Source: an uncultured Planctomycetota bacterium (GTDB lineage: Bacteria; Planctomycetota; Planctomycetia; Isosphaerales; Isosphaeraceae). Taken from it: a stretch of 64,000 nucleotides of DNA. Under the pieces are notes generated by a model. That model ran no database searches. It saw only the letters and a program-made list of their open reading frames with translations, and had not been told where the DNA came from. Within the stretch, counting starts at the first letter, position 1, and each line of letters begins with the position of its first letter. Made by a program: the position numbers and the translations under genes. Shown one piece after another: positions 1 through 9,097 of this stretch. The stretch lies in assembly GCA_963737655.1 (NCBI GenBank), contig CAVTTN010000002.1:5600001-5664000 (forward strand), in the 5' to 3' direction.

Positions 1-297
1 GACCTCAAGCAGGTCTCCGGCCGGTTCCGCCCGGGGTATCTGTACGAATGGCTGGCCCAGCCGGCGCGACTGGTGCCCTACACGGCCATGCCGCAGAACA
101 TCCCGCCCCGGGGCGACCAGCCGCCGGGCGTCCCGGACAACTTCAAGGGCCAGCCCCAGGCGCAGGTCAAGGCGATGAGGGACACGCTCCTGAACTATGT
201 GACGGCCCAGGAGCAGCAGCTCGCCGGGGCCAAGCCGGCCGAGCCCGCCAAGGCCGCCGAGCCTCCCAAGGAGAAGGCGGGCGGCGGCCAGGACTAG
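1..297 (+). CDS. C-terminal fragment of a c-type cytochrome domain protein (runs off the left edge)
   Basis: Frame +1 is open from base 1: DLKQVSGRFRPGYLYEWLAQPARLVPYTAMP, matching the class I cytochrome c tail (DL..v..RlRp.wl..Wl..P....P.T.MP with axial Met). Stop TAG at 295-297. Confidence 0.7.
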   Translation, partial: DLKQVSGRFRPGYLYEWLAQPARLVPYTAMPQNIPPRGDQPPGVPDNFKGQPQAQVKAMRDTLLNYVTAQEQQLAGAKPAEPAKAAEPPKEKAGGGQD

Positions 298-320
298 AAT
301 CGGAGCGGAGGACTCGTTCG

Positions 321-659
321 ATGCGAGCTCGTCGTCGGACCGTCGCGATCCTCGGCCTGGCCGTCCTCCTCGCGATGACGGCCCTGGTCGTCCTGATTCC
401 CTCTCGGGGCCGTCGCCGGGGCTTCCTGGCGATGGCGCCGAGCCCGGCCTGCGGCAAGAACTCGCTGGTCCGGGTCGCGGCCCCCCACCTCGGCCCGATC
501 GGCGAGTTCCTCCTGGAAAAGGACTGCGGGGGCTGCCACGCCGGGACGGCGGCCTTGCCGGCCCCCGCCGCCCTGCCGCCGTCTCCCTGCGCCACCGGCC
601 TCCGCGCCGGCTCGACGAACTGCCGCAAGTGTCACGCGGGGACGGGCCAGCAAAGTTAG
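321..659 (+). CDS. Small membrane-anchored or exported diheme c-type cytochrome
   Basis: ATG at 321 after GGAGGA; N-terminal hydrophobic segment; two CxxCH motifs (CGGCH, CRKCH). Confidence 0.65.
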   Translation: MRARRRTVAILGLAVLLAMTALVVLIPSRGRRRGFLAMAPSPACGKNSLVRVAAPHLGPIGEFLLEKDCGGCHAGTAALPAPAALPPSPCATGLRAGSTNCRKCHAGTGQQS

Positions 660-698
660 AGCGGCTTACGGACGGATTGGGCACGACGGGTCTCTCTC

Positions 699-757
699 GT
701 AGGGCAGGCCCTGGCCTGCCGAGACCCGCGAAGACGGCAGGCCGAGGCCTGCCCTAC
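699..757. repeat. REP doublet (REPIN), family A GTAGGGCAGGCCTCGGCCTGCC
   Basis: Inverted copies at 699-720 and 736-757; same motif flanks the RAYT gene at 8.2-9.1 kb. Confidence 0.9.
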
Positions 758-904
758 GGCCGCGCGATCCGAACGAGATCCGCTCCGAGCGTTGCAGGGC
801 GGCCCGACCAGGGACCGTCCTCGGATCGCCGTCGAGTGATCGAAACGCCCGCTCGCGCCGATATACCCTTCGGAGAACAGGACTCCGCAGGAGGTGGAGC
901 GGCC

Positions 905-1375
905 ATGATCAGGCGATGGATCGCGGTTCCGGTCGGCCTGGCCGCCACGTGCGGCTGTGCGATCACGGACCGGCTGGACGTGACCAATCACCGGCTGGGC
1001 GTCGTGAACACCCAGTTGAACGAGACGAACGCTCGCCTGGGCGACGCCCAGGCGAAGCTGGTCGAGGCCAATCAGCGACTGGCCGACGCCCAGAACAAGC
1101 TGAATCTGGCCGACCAGAAGCTCGATTCCGCGCTGGACCGGCTCGACGCCACCAACGCGAAGCTCGACCAGACCAATCAGAAGCTCGACCAGACCAACAC
1201 CAAGCTCGACTCGACCAATTCGAGCCTGGGCCAGACCAATACCAAGCTCGACTCGACCAACCGGAGCCTGGGGCAGACCAACACGAAGCTGGACGAAGCC
1301 AACCGTCAAATCGGCGTGCTCGACCAGGCGATCCAGAGGATTCCGGGCCTGAAGGTCGATCCGGGGAAGGAGTGA
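905..1375 (+). CDS. Lipoprotein with a long heptad coiled coil (TNxKLD repeats)
   Basis: RBS GGAGG, ATG at 905; signal peptide with lipobox-like ATCGC; continuous 7-residue periodicity such as LDQTNQK/LDSTNSS/LGQTNTK. Confidence 0.75.
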   Translation: MIRRWIAVPVGLAATCGCAITDRLDVTNHRLGVVNTQLNETNARLGDAQAKLVEANQRLADAQNKLNLADQKLDSALDRLDATNAKLDQTNQKLDQTNTKLDSTNSSLGQTNTKLDSTNRSLGQTNTKLDEANRQIGVLDQAIQRIPGLKVDPGKE

Positions 1376-1397
1376 TGGCCGGGGCCCCGGCCCGGCC

Positions 1398-1844
1398 TCA
1401 CGAGAGCGGGCCGGTCAGGGCCGTGTCGAGGTCCCAGGGGCAGTCGGTCGGGAAGGTCTCGACGGCCGGGCCCGTCTCATCGGCCGCCTGGAGCCGGGCG
1501 TCGGCGAAAATGTCGGCCCAGACCTCCTCGGCATGGTTGCGGAGGGTCCGGCTGTCCAGGATCAGGCGAAGTTCCCGCCTCTGCTCCCGGATCGTGGCCC
1601 GCCAGGAGCCTCCCGAGCGTTCCGGCTGGTGCCCCGCCTTGAGGAGATGGATCAGGAGGACGACCAGACGGCTCACCACCTCGCGCCGATCTCGTTGGGC
1701 CATGGACTCCAGGTACTCGCTCAGGTTCGGTCCATCGAGCTCCTCAAGCCGCCCCTCGGCCGCGAGAGTCGCCATCAACTCCAGCCAGGCCGTCTCATCG
1801 GTCTCGTAGAGGAGGTCGAGCTTTCGGCCGTCGGCGGTCGCCAT
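1398..1844 (-). CDS. DUF29 family protein
   Basis: LYETD..AW, LDGPNL.EYLESM, LLIHLLK, SWRATIREQR and FP.DCPW motifs typical of DUF29. Confidence 0.85.
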   Translation of the reverse strand: MATADGRKLDLLYETDETAWLELMATLAAEGRLEELDGPNLSEYLESMAQRDRREVVSRLVVLLIHLLKAGHQPERSGGSWRATIREQRRELRLILDSRTLRNHAEEVWADIFADARLQAADETGPAVETFPTDCPWDLDTALTGPLS

Positions 1845-1887
1845 CGGGAAGGGCCCCATCCCTCGGAAGTCGCGATCTCGACTCACC

Positions 1888-2826
1888 TTACCTCGCCCCG
1901 ACGAGCTCGCCGGAGGCCGGGTCGAGCTGGCCGGTCAGGACGCCCAGGGCGATCTGGATCGGGTCGAGCAGGTGGAGGTACGCCTTCGATGGGTCGTACC
2001 GCTCGATCTGGAACAATTCGATGCCGACGAAATGCTCCTCCGAGCGGCTCCCCCGGCCGGGCAGGGTGTGGCCCTCGGACCACTCGCGGGCCAGGGCGGC
2101 GTAGGCTCGGCCCAGGTGGGAGCAGAATTCGAAGTAGTCCGTGAGGATCAATTGCGAGGCGTGGCAGTGAATGGCCCACTGCTTGGCCCGTTCGCTCTCG
2201 GCGTCATAGGGGAAATAGGCGTTCGGGCGAGGCAACGGACCCCAGGGGGTCCAGCCGGTCAGGACCAGGGTATCGGCCAGGTGGGCGCCGAGGAGGCCGA
2301 GGGCGGCCAATGCGCGGGTCATCCGGTGGGCCAGGTGGGCGTCGGTGGCCGGGGGGACGATCAGGGCCCCGGGCCGCTTGGCCTGGAACCACTCGACGAT
2401 CTTGTCGATGTCGCGCGACGAGGGCCGATAGCCGGGGGACCGGTAGGCGTCCAGGTCCCAGCAGACGGCGTCGGCCCCCAGGACCTCGCATTCCAGGCGG
2501 AACTCGCTCTCGCGGACCGAGACCTTCTTCTTGTCGTTCAGCCAGGGGGCGTCGACGTTCCTCTCGCCGGTGAAGACCAGGACCTCGATGACGGGCAGGC
2601 CGCGCTTCACGGCATATTCATGGAGCAGGCAGGCGGCGGTGATGGCGCCGTCGTCGGCGTGGGGGCAGAGCATCACCAGCGGGCGGTCCGCCGAGATCGT
2701 CTTGCGGAGGGCGTCGCGGACGTCGACGAGCTGGCCGTGGGCCCCGCTGTCCTCGACGGTGCGGAGCAGGCCCTCGAAGACCGGCTGCCACCGGGCGCAA
2801 CCCGACGGCCCGAGCAGTGGTTCCAT
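1888..2826 (-). CDS. PIG-L/LmbE family deacetylase
   Basis: PHADD metal-binding motif, R..E, DAH.AH, and K..AI.CHASQ. Confidence 0.8.
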   Translation of the reverse strand: MEPLLGPSGCARWQPVFEGLLRTVEDSGAHGQLVDVRDALRKTISADRPLVMLCPHADDGAITAACLLHEYAVKRGLPVIEVLVFTGERNVDAPWLNDKKKVSVRESEFRLECEVLGADAVCWDLDAYRSPGYRPSSRDIDKIVEWFQAKRPGALIVPPATDAHLAHRMTRALAALGLLGAHLADTLVLTGWTPWGPLPRPNAYFPYDAESERAKQWAIHCHASQLILTDYFEFCSHLGRAYAALAREWSEGHTLPGRGSRSEEHFVGIELFQIERYDPSKAYLHLLDPIQIALGVLTGQLDPASGELVGAR

Positions 2827-3057
2827 GGGAGAGGAAGCTCCGGGCGGACGATTCGGAGGCGGGGGGTCGCGAACGATCCGGGGCCCGGCCCAACCGTCGG
2901 CAACCGGCGAGGGGGGAGGCGCCGAGCGTCGCTCCCTTATTGTTCAGGGTCGGCCCCGGCTCGTCAACTCGCAATCCCTTCGTTCTCGATCGGCCGCGGC
3001 CGGATCGCTCGGAAGGTCGTTTCGTGACGATCCCCCGATCCGACCCACCCTCCCACC

Positions 3058-4443
3058 TCAAAACTTCTTCGGCTTCGGCTTCGGCGGCGAGACGACCGCC
3101 TGGATCGCCGAGGGCGCCACCGGCGAGTCCTCGGGCCCGAACCCGTCGGGCAGGCGGTCGAGGTACGGCCCGATCAGCTCGCCCAGCCTCTGGACCGGTC
3201 GGCCATGCTCGGCCTCGAACAGCCGTTGGGCCATCGATAGCGCCAGGATGTTCAGCAACGGCCCGTCGCCGTCGATCGTCCTCAGCCCCGAGTCGATGGC
3301 CGGCATCAGGGACCGGAAGATCATGGTCTTCTCGGACCAGCGGTCCAGGGCCTCGGGCGACAGGGCCCGGGCCTTCGCCGGGGCGTCGGGGCCGAGCCGG
3401 TAGAACGTGAAGAGCGTCCCGGCCGCCTTCGCCCGGTTCGCCGGGGTCTCGTCGCAGGCGGCCAGCCAGTTCGCGAACGTCAACCGGCCGAGCCGTCTCG
3501 ACCGCTCGGGCTCGCGGTCCAGGAAGTCGGTCAGTCGGAAATAGCCCGGCAGTTGCCGATACCAGACCGGGTCCTGCTCCCTCTGCCTGTCCAGCCAGTC
3601 CATCGGCCGATCCAGGAAGTGGAGGAACGCCAGATATTCGATTCGGAACATTTCCGAATTCGGCCGGGACATCCGCCGGGCCTCCTTCACGTCGGCCAGG
3701 GCCCGGCGGAGCAGGTCCGGGCCGACCCTCGGGTCGTTGGCCCACGCTTCCATCGGCCCGGCGCCGATTTTCAGGATGACCGAGCCGATCAGGCGGTGAA
3801 TCATCGTCCCGTGAGTCCCGCAGAGGCGGCTGGCCCTCAAGACCGTCCGATACCGCGCCCACGCCCCGGCCGCGTCCCCCTCGGCCATCCTCCGAGAGGC
3901 GTCCATCAGGGCCAATCGAGCAAGCGGGCGGAGTTCCTGGAGGGTCTTCAGGGGGGTCTCCACCGCGATCTCCTCGGGCCGGACGTCCAGCGCGTCGGGC
4001 CGGTCGGCCCCCTCCTCGAACAGGTCCAGGACCTCGCCGCAACGGGCCAGCCAGCGCCTCTCCTCGGGCGTGGCCTTGGACCAGTCGGGGCCGTAGGGGA
4101 GCCTCAGCGCCACCGTCTTCTTGTAATTCTCATCTTCCAGTGCCTTCATGCGTTCCCCGGCCTTCGCGAACGGGACGAAGGCGTTGCGGTCGTCGGGGAC
4201 CTGGACCGACATGACCTCCTGAACATCGAACGGGTCGCCGATGTCGGGCAGGTCGCGGAGGCTCATGGCCCTCCAGGCCAGGAGCGCCCCGACGGTCGCG
4301 ACCAGGCCATAGACCAGCAGCAATCCCAGCCTCTTCCGCCCCCGGGCCCTCTCCAGCCAGACCGCCGGGGCCAGGACCACGCGGACCGGCATCGGCAGGG
4401 GGCGGCGGGGCGGCGGATTCGTCGCGGTCGTCGTCCTCGTCAT
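3058..4443 (-). CDS. Hypothetical single-pass membrane protein (LPDIGDPFD paralog family)
   Basis: N-terminal TM segment, then SLRDLPDIGDPFD..VPDDRNAF; C-terminal L.ELIGPYLDRLP. Paralogs at 32-34.5 kb. Confidence 0.8.
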   Translation of the reverse strand: MTRTTTATNPPPRRPLPMPVRVVLAPAVWLERARGRKRLGLLLVYGLVATVGALLAWRAMSLRDLPDIGDPFDVQEVMSVQVPDDRNAFVPFAKAGERMKALEDENYKKTVALRLPYGPDWSKATPEERRWLARCGEVLDLFEEGADRPDALDVRPEEIAVETPLKTLQELRPLARLALMDASRRMAEGDAAGAWARYRTVLRASRLCGTHGTMIHRLIGSVILKIGAGPMEAWANDPRVGPDLLRRALADVKEARRMSRPNSEMFRIEYLAFLHFLDRPMDWLDRQREQDPVWYRQLPGYFRLTDFLDREPERSRRLGRLTFANWLAACDETPANRAKAAGTLFTFYRLGPDAPAKARALSPEALDRWSEKTMIFRSLMPAIDSGLRTIDGDGPLLNILALSMAQRLFEAEHGRPVQRLGELIGPYLDRLPDGFGPEDSPVAPSAIQAVVSPPKPKPKKF

Positions 4444-4729
4444 CTCGGGCGCTCCCGGTCCCCCCTTCTCGAAACGTCTCCGCATGATACGACAGATGTC
4501 CGACGCCCGTCCAGGGACGATCCGGGACTCGATCGAGACGCCTTCCTCCGCGCCTTTTCCACACACCATCGCGTCCGCCGCGCCGGTCCGATCGGGGAAT
4601 CGTCGAGTTCCCCAAGAAATCTCGGGAGGGGTGATCGCCGGAGGGGTCCGGTCGCGATGGTATCCGTCGGGGGCGGGAACCGCCCGGGACGACGAGGACC
4701 AGGCCAGGGCCGGACGAGCGGGGGATTCC

Positions 4730-5985
4730 ATGTCGATCGAGCGGGTGCCGGGGAGCGGTCTTGCGTATCATCTGGTCGCCTTCGACGCCATGGGCGTCGA
4801 GAGGGACGAGCCCGAGGGCCCTCTCGGCGGCACCCGGGCCGTCGAGGAGGCGAGATCGGGCGCGATTAGCGATGTTTTCGTGTTCACTCACGGCTGGATG
4901 GGGGACGTCCCGGGGGCGAAAGAGCAGGCCATCGCCTGGATCGGCGCGATGGCGGCCTGCCCGGCGGACCTGGCGGCCCTCGATCGGGCCCGCAAGGGCT
5001 TCCGCCCCCTGACCGTCTGCCTCCACTGGCCGAGCCTGCCCTGGGGCGATGAGGCGCTGGGCCTTCCCTCGGGCGGGATCGCCGACACCCCGGCCTCCCG
5101 AGACGCCCTGGCCATGATCCGCCGAGCGGCCCTGGTCGATCCCTCGCCCCACAGGCTCCCGGCCGAGGTCGTCGAGGCGTACCGGGTGCTCGATCGCGAG
5201 GGCGGGCTCGGCGCCGACGGGCCCGGAGCGGCCCCGGGCGACGACCGCGACCCGTTCGACCCCGAGGCGATCCACGCCGTCGGCCTGCCCCCGGTCCTCG
5301 CCTGCAACCCCATGTGCGGCAATGCGTTGCAATCGCTCTTGCTGCCCCTCCAGGTGCTCTCGTTCTGGGCCATGAAGGCCCGGGCCCGGGCCGTCGGCGA
5401 AGGGGGCGCCGGGGCCTTGCTCGCGAGCCTCCAGCAGGCCGCCCCCGGCGCGAGGTTCCACCTGATGGGCCACAGCTTCGGCGGGATCGTCGTCGCCTCG
5501 ATGCTCCTGGGACGGCGGTGGCCGACCCGGCCGGTCCAGTCGCTGGCGATCCTCCAGGGGGCGATGTCCTCCTGGTCGTTCGGCCGGGCGATCCCCGGCG
5601 AGCCCGGCCGCTCGGGGTTCTTCCACGAGGTCGTGGCGGGCGAGAAGGTGATCGGGCCGATCCTCACGAGCCGGTCCTCGCACGACCGGGCCGTCGGCAC
5701 GTGGTATCCCCTGGCCGCCGGGGCCGCCCGCCAGGTGGATTTCGCCCCCGGGGCCCCAGGTTCGCCGCCCTCGGCGCGTTCGGCGCCCTGGGCGACGGCC
5801 TCGACCCGATCGACCTGCCCCTCGCCCCGCCCGACTCCTTGTATCGCTTCACGCCCGGACGCATCGTCAACCTCGAATCGAGCCGATACATCGCCACCAT
5901 GTCCGACCCCGTGATCGGCGCCCACTCGGACATCGCCCGGCCCGAGGTCGCCCACGCCGTCTGGTCGGCGGCCGCCGTCGGCTGA
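4730..5985 (+). CDS. Alpha/beta-hydrolase fold protein (frameshift near 5750)
   Basis: FTHGW, HWPS and GHSFG nucleophile elbow; C-terminal GAHSDI..PEV continues in another frame after a C/G run. Confidence 0.75.
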
Positions 5986-6240
5986 CCGCCGCCCGCCCGG
6001 TCCTCATCATCGGGACCGCGCCCCCTCGCCGATCTCCCCAAATCGCCGGGCCGCCCCCGGGGCGTGACACACGCATGTCACCCCAGAAGGCGGGACGTGC
6101 GCGGCCCCGGGCACTTTGCGCCCCGAATCGCTCCACGGCCCCCGCGCAGCATCGGCTTTCCTTCCAACGAGTTGCGCTTTTGCGATCGACGAATTCTCGA
6201 ATGCTGGCAAATCCGCGCGCACGAGTCGCTGCCATGCAGG

Positions 6241-6274
6241 AAACCCCGGTTTTTCCAGGCTCAAACCCCGGTTT
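6241..6274. promoter_or_regulatory. Candidate operator: two AAACCCCGGTTT boxes 22 bp apart in an AT-richer intergenic region
   Basis: Exact 12-mer at 6241-6252 and 6263-6274. Confidence 0.35.
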
Positions 6275-6670
6275 GCGATGCAAAGTGTTGTACACTTAAC
6301 CGGGCCATGGAATTCTGACCTCTAAAGTATCACATTTTTGAAAGCGCGTGCATCCGAAGGTTTCGGGACGGGAAAATGATCGAGGGTTGCGATTTCCTGG
6401 ATTGGTCCCGGCGCGATCGCCCCGCGACGCATGCATCCACGACGGGGCGCACGTTGCGTCCCGGGGGCGATTGACCGGCGGCCCTCGATCCTGGGAGAAT
6501 CCGTCGGGATCGCGCTCCGGGCGGCGGACGGATGACGCTCTACTCCTCATGGGGCGCCCGCCGGATCGGGGGCGGGCGGCCTTTCGCGGCGACGTGGCCG
6601 CCTCGCGACCCCTTTGCCCTTCGCCCCCTCACGTCTTCACGACCCGATGGCACTTCTCGGAGGAACCGCC

Positions 6671-7369
6671 ATGCCCCGCCACCGCTCGACCGCCGACCGC
6701 CGCGCCTTCCTCGGCGCCCTGGGCCTCTCGTTCTTCACCGTCAAGGGCCTCTTCGCCGAGGAGCTCGCCCTGACCCCCTCGCGGACCGAGGGGCCGTTCT
6801 ACCCCGACAAGCTCCCGCTCGATACGGATAATGACCTGATCATTATTAATGACGGCATCACCCCGGCCGTCGGCGAGATCACCCACCTCTCGGGCCGCAT
6901 CCTCGACGCCAAGGGCTCGCCGATCCGCGACGCGACCATCGAGATCTGGCAGTGCGACGCCAACCAGGTCTACCTCCACTCGGCCGACAGCGAGTCGAAG
7001 AAGGACCAGCAGGACAAGCATTTCCAGGGCTTCGGCCGGTTCACCACCGGATCGACGGGCGCCTACTACTTCCGCACGATCAAGCCGGTGCCCTACCCCG
7101 GCCGCCCCGCGCCTCACATCCACTTCAAGGTGAAGAAGGGCGGCAAGGAGATCCTGACCTCGCAGATCAACATCGCCGGCCACCCGGGCAACGACGTCGA
7201 CGGCGTGGTCCGAGGCGGGATCGGCGTCTTCGACCGCGAGCTGCTCATGACCGAGTTCAAGCCGATGCCGGGCTCGAAGATCGGCGAGCTCGCCGCCAAG
7301 TTCGAGATCGTCCTCGGCAAGACGCCCGACGAGCGGCAGCTCCAGTCCAACCGCGTCGAGAACCGCTGA
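6671..7369 (+). CDS. Intradiol ring-cleavage dioxygenase family protein (protocatechuate 3,4-dioxygenase-like) with Tat-type signal
   Basis: DRRAFL Tat motif; TEGPFYP, EIWQCDA..vY, FRTIKP.PY and PHIHF iron-ligand motifs. Confidence 0.85.
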   Translation: MPRHRSTADRRAFLGALGLSFFTVKGLFAEELALTPSRTEGPFYPDKLPLDTDNDLIIINDGITPAVGEITHLSGRILDAKGSPIRDATIEIWQCDANQVYLHSADSESKKDQQDKHFQGFGRFTTGSTGAYYFRTIKPVPYPGRPAPHIHFKVKKGGKEILTSQINIAGHPGNDVDGVVRGGIGVFDRELLMTEFKPMPGSKIGELAAKFEIVLGKTPDERQLQSNRVENR

Positions 7370-7412
7370 GGGCCTGTCCGGTAGGGTCGACGATTCGCCG
7401 AGGAAGCCGGTC

Positions 7413-7480
7413 GGTCCGACTTCAGTCGGGCCTATCCCTCAAAAATTTCGGCTCGTAGGCCCGACTGAAGTCGCGCCTAC
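7413..7480. repeat. REP doublet, family B (GTAGGCCCGACTGAAGTCG)
   Basis: Inverted pair at 7413-7434 and 7455-7480; second pair at 23942-24014. Confidence 0.8.
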
Positions 7481-7561
7481 TGGCGCCCCGGACACGGCGA
7501 CGAGGCGTTCCGGCCAGCCTCCGAGCCTCCTCTCAGAACAGATCACCAGGGAGACTTCTTC

Positions 7562-8191
7562 ATGAAGACGACATATCCGGGCCTGTTGGCCCTGGGATTG
7601 ATGCTCGCGCTTTCGCATTCCGCGGAGGCCCAGGGTCCGGGAGGCCCCGGGGGACCGGGAGGCCCCGGAGGCGGCTTCGGAGGGCCGTCCGTGGCCGACC
7701 TCGTGCCGAGGATGATGGCCTACGACGCCAACAAGGACGGCAAGCTCACCAGGGACGAGATCACCGACGAGCGGCTGACCCGCCTCTTCGCCAGGGCCGA
7801 CGCCAACAACGACGGCACCGTGACCGAGGACGAGCTCAAGGCCCTCGAAGCCAAGGACCGAGAGAACGACCGAGGAGGCTTCGGAGGTCCTGGAGGTCCC
7901 GGAGGTCCGGGAGGAGGCTTCGGGGGCCCGCCCCGACCCGGCGACATCCTCCCCATGATGATCAGGGGGAACCTGAACCTCTCGGAGGAGCAAATCAAGG
8001 AGCTCGACGCCCTCCAGAAGGACGTGGATGCCAAAATGGAAAAGATCCTCAATGATGAGCAAAAGGCCAAGCTCAAGCAAATGAGGAACCGAGGCCCCGG
8101 AATGGGAGGCCCCCGACCCGGAGGCCGTCCAGGAGGAGGAGGCCCCGGAGGACCGCCAGGAGGCGGCCCGCCCCGAGACGGCGGCCGTTGA
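7562..8191 (+). CDS. Secreted Gly/Pro-rich EF-hand protein
   Basis: Signal peptide; EF-hand loops DANKDGKLTRDE and DANNDGTVTEDE; GPG repeats; Spy/CpxP-like L(S/N)xEQ motifs. Confidence 0.85.
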   Translation: MKTTYPGLLALGLMLALSHSAEAQGPGGPGGPGGPGGGFGGPSVADLVPRMMAYDANKDGKLTRDEITDERLTRLFARADANNDGTVTEDELKALEAKDRENDRGGFGGPGGPGGPGGGFGGPPRPGDILPMMIRGNLNLSEEQIKELDALQKDVDAKMEKILNDEQKAKLKQMRNRGPGMGGPRPGGRPGGGGPGGPPGGGPPRDGGR

Positions 8192-8205
8192 GGCAAGAAC
8201 CCAAC

Positions 8206-8273
8206 CGTAGGGCAGGCCTCGGCCTGCCGTCTTCGGCTCGAGCCGAAGACGGCAGGCCGAGGCCTGCCCTACG
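8206..8273. repeat. REP family A doublet forming a perfect 68-bp palindrome upstream of RAYT
   Basis: CGTAGGGCAGGCCTCGGCCTGCCGTCTTCGGCTC followed directly by its exact reverse complement. Confidence 0.95.
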
Positions 8274-8337
8274 AGGAGGGAAGGGTTGCTGCGGCCCTTC
8301 CGAACGATCTCGTGACGGTGGTAACGGGGAAGGGCAG

Positions 8338-8901
8338 ATGCCGAACTTTCGGCGGAGGGTGCAACCCGGCGGAACGTTCTTCTTCACGGTGGTCACGGCG
8401 GACCGACGGCCGATCTTCCAAACCGACGCCGCCCGCTCGCTCCTGGGGGCCTGCTTGCGAGAGGAGCGAGCCCTCCGCCCGTTCGAGGTCGAGGCGCTCG
8501 TGCTCCTGCCCGACCACGTCCACGCGATGCTGACCCTGCCCCCGGGAGACCCGGACTTCTCGACGCGATGGTCGTCGATCAAGGCAAGATTCACACGTCG
8601 ATGGCTCTCCCGAGGCGGTCGCGAGGTCACTCCGCCGCCGGGTCAGGCCCGGGAGGGACGGCGAGGCGTTTGGCAGGCACGATTTTTTGAACATACGATC
8701 CGCGATGAGGACGATTTCCTCCGTCACGCCGATTACATTCATTTTAACCCGGTCAAGCACGGCCTGGCCAATCACCCCGCCGAATGGCCCTGGTCCTCGT
8801 TCCATCGCCACGTCGCGATGGGTTTCTATCCCCCCGAATGGGCCAAACCTGAACCCCGAGCCGGAGGAGTACTCCAAACGATTCCCTCGGGATACGAGTA
8901 G
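8338..8901 (+). mobile_element. rayT: REP-associated tyrosine transposase (RAYT, IS200/Y1 HUH family)
   Basis: MPNFRR..PGGTFFFTVVT start, HUH motif PDHVH, WQ.RFFEH.IRDE.D, DYIH.NPVKHG and WPWSSF; flanked by GTAG REPs on both sides. Confidence 0.92.
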
Positions 8902-8927
8902 GACACCCCTCGGCCCGCCGCGTCCTC

Positions 8928-9097
8928 GTAGGGCAGGCCTCGGCCTGCCGTCCCATTCCGGATCATCCCGCAGGATCATTCCGCGCTCGTTCGGCAGGAC
9001 CGGACCGAAGCCGGCAGGCCAAGGCCTGCCCTACGAACGAATTCGTACCGACATGGAACAATGCCAATCACGTAGGGCAGTCCTCGGCCTGCCCTAC
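8928..9097. repeat. REP family A cluster downstream of RAYT
   Basis: Copies at 8928-8949 (+) and 9013-9034 (-), plus a fused palindromic copy at 9072-9097 that overlaps the kinase stop codon. Confidence 0.9.

Noticed and set aside
7630..8190. GGA/CCC-rich tandem repeats
   Set aside because: Coding low-complexity GPG repeats of the EF-hand protein.
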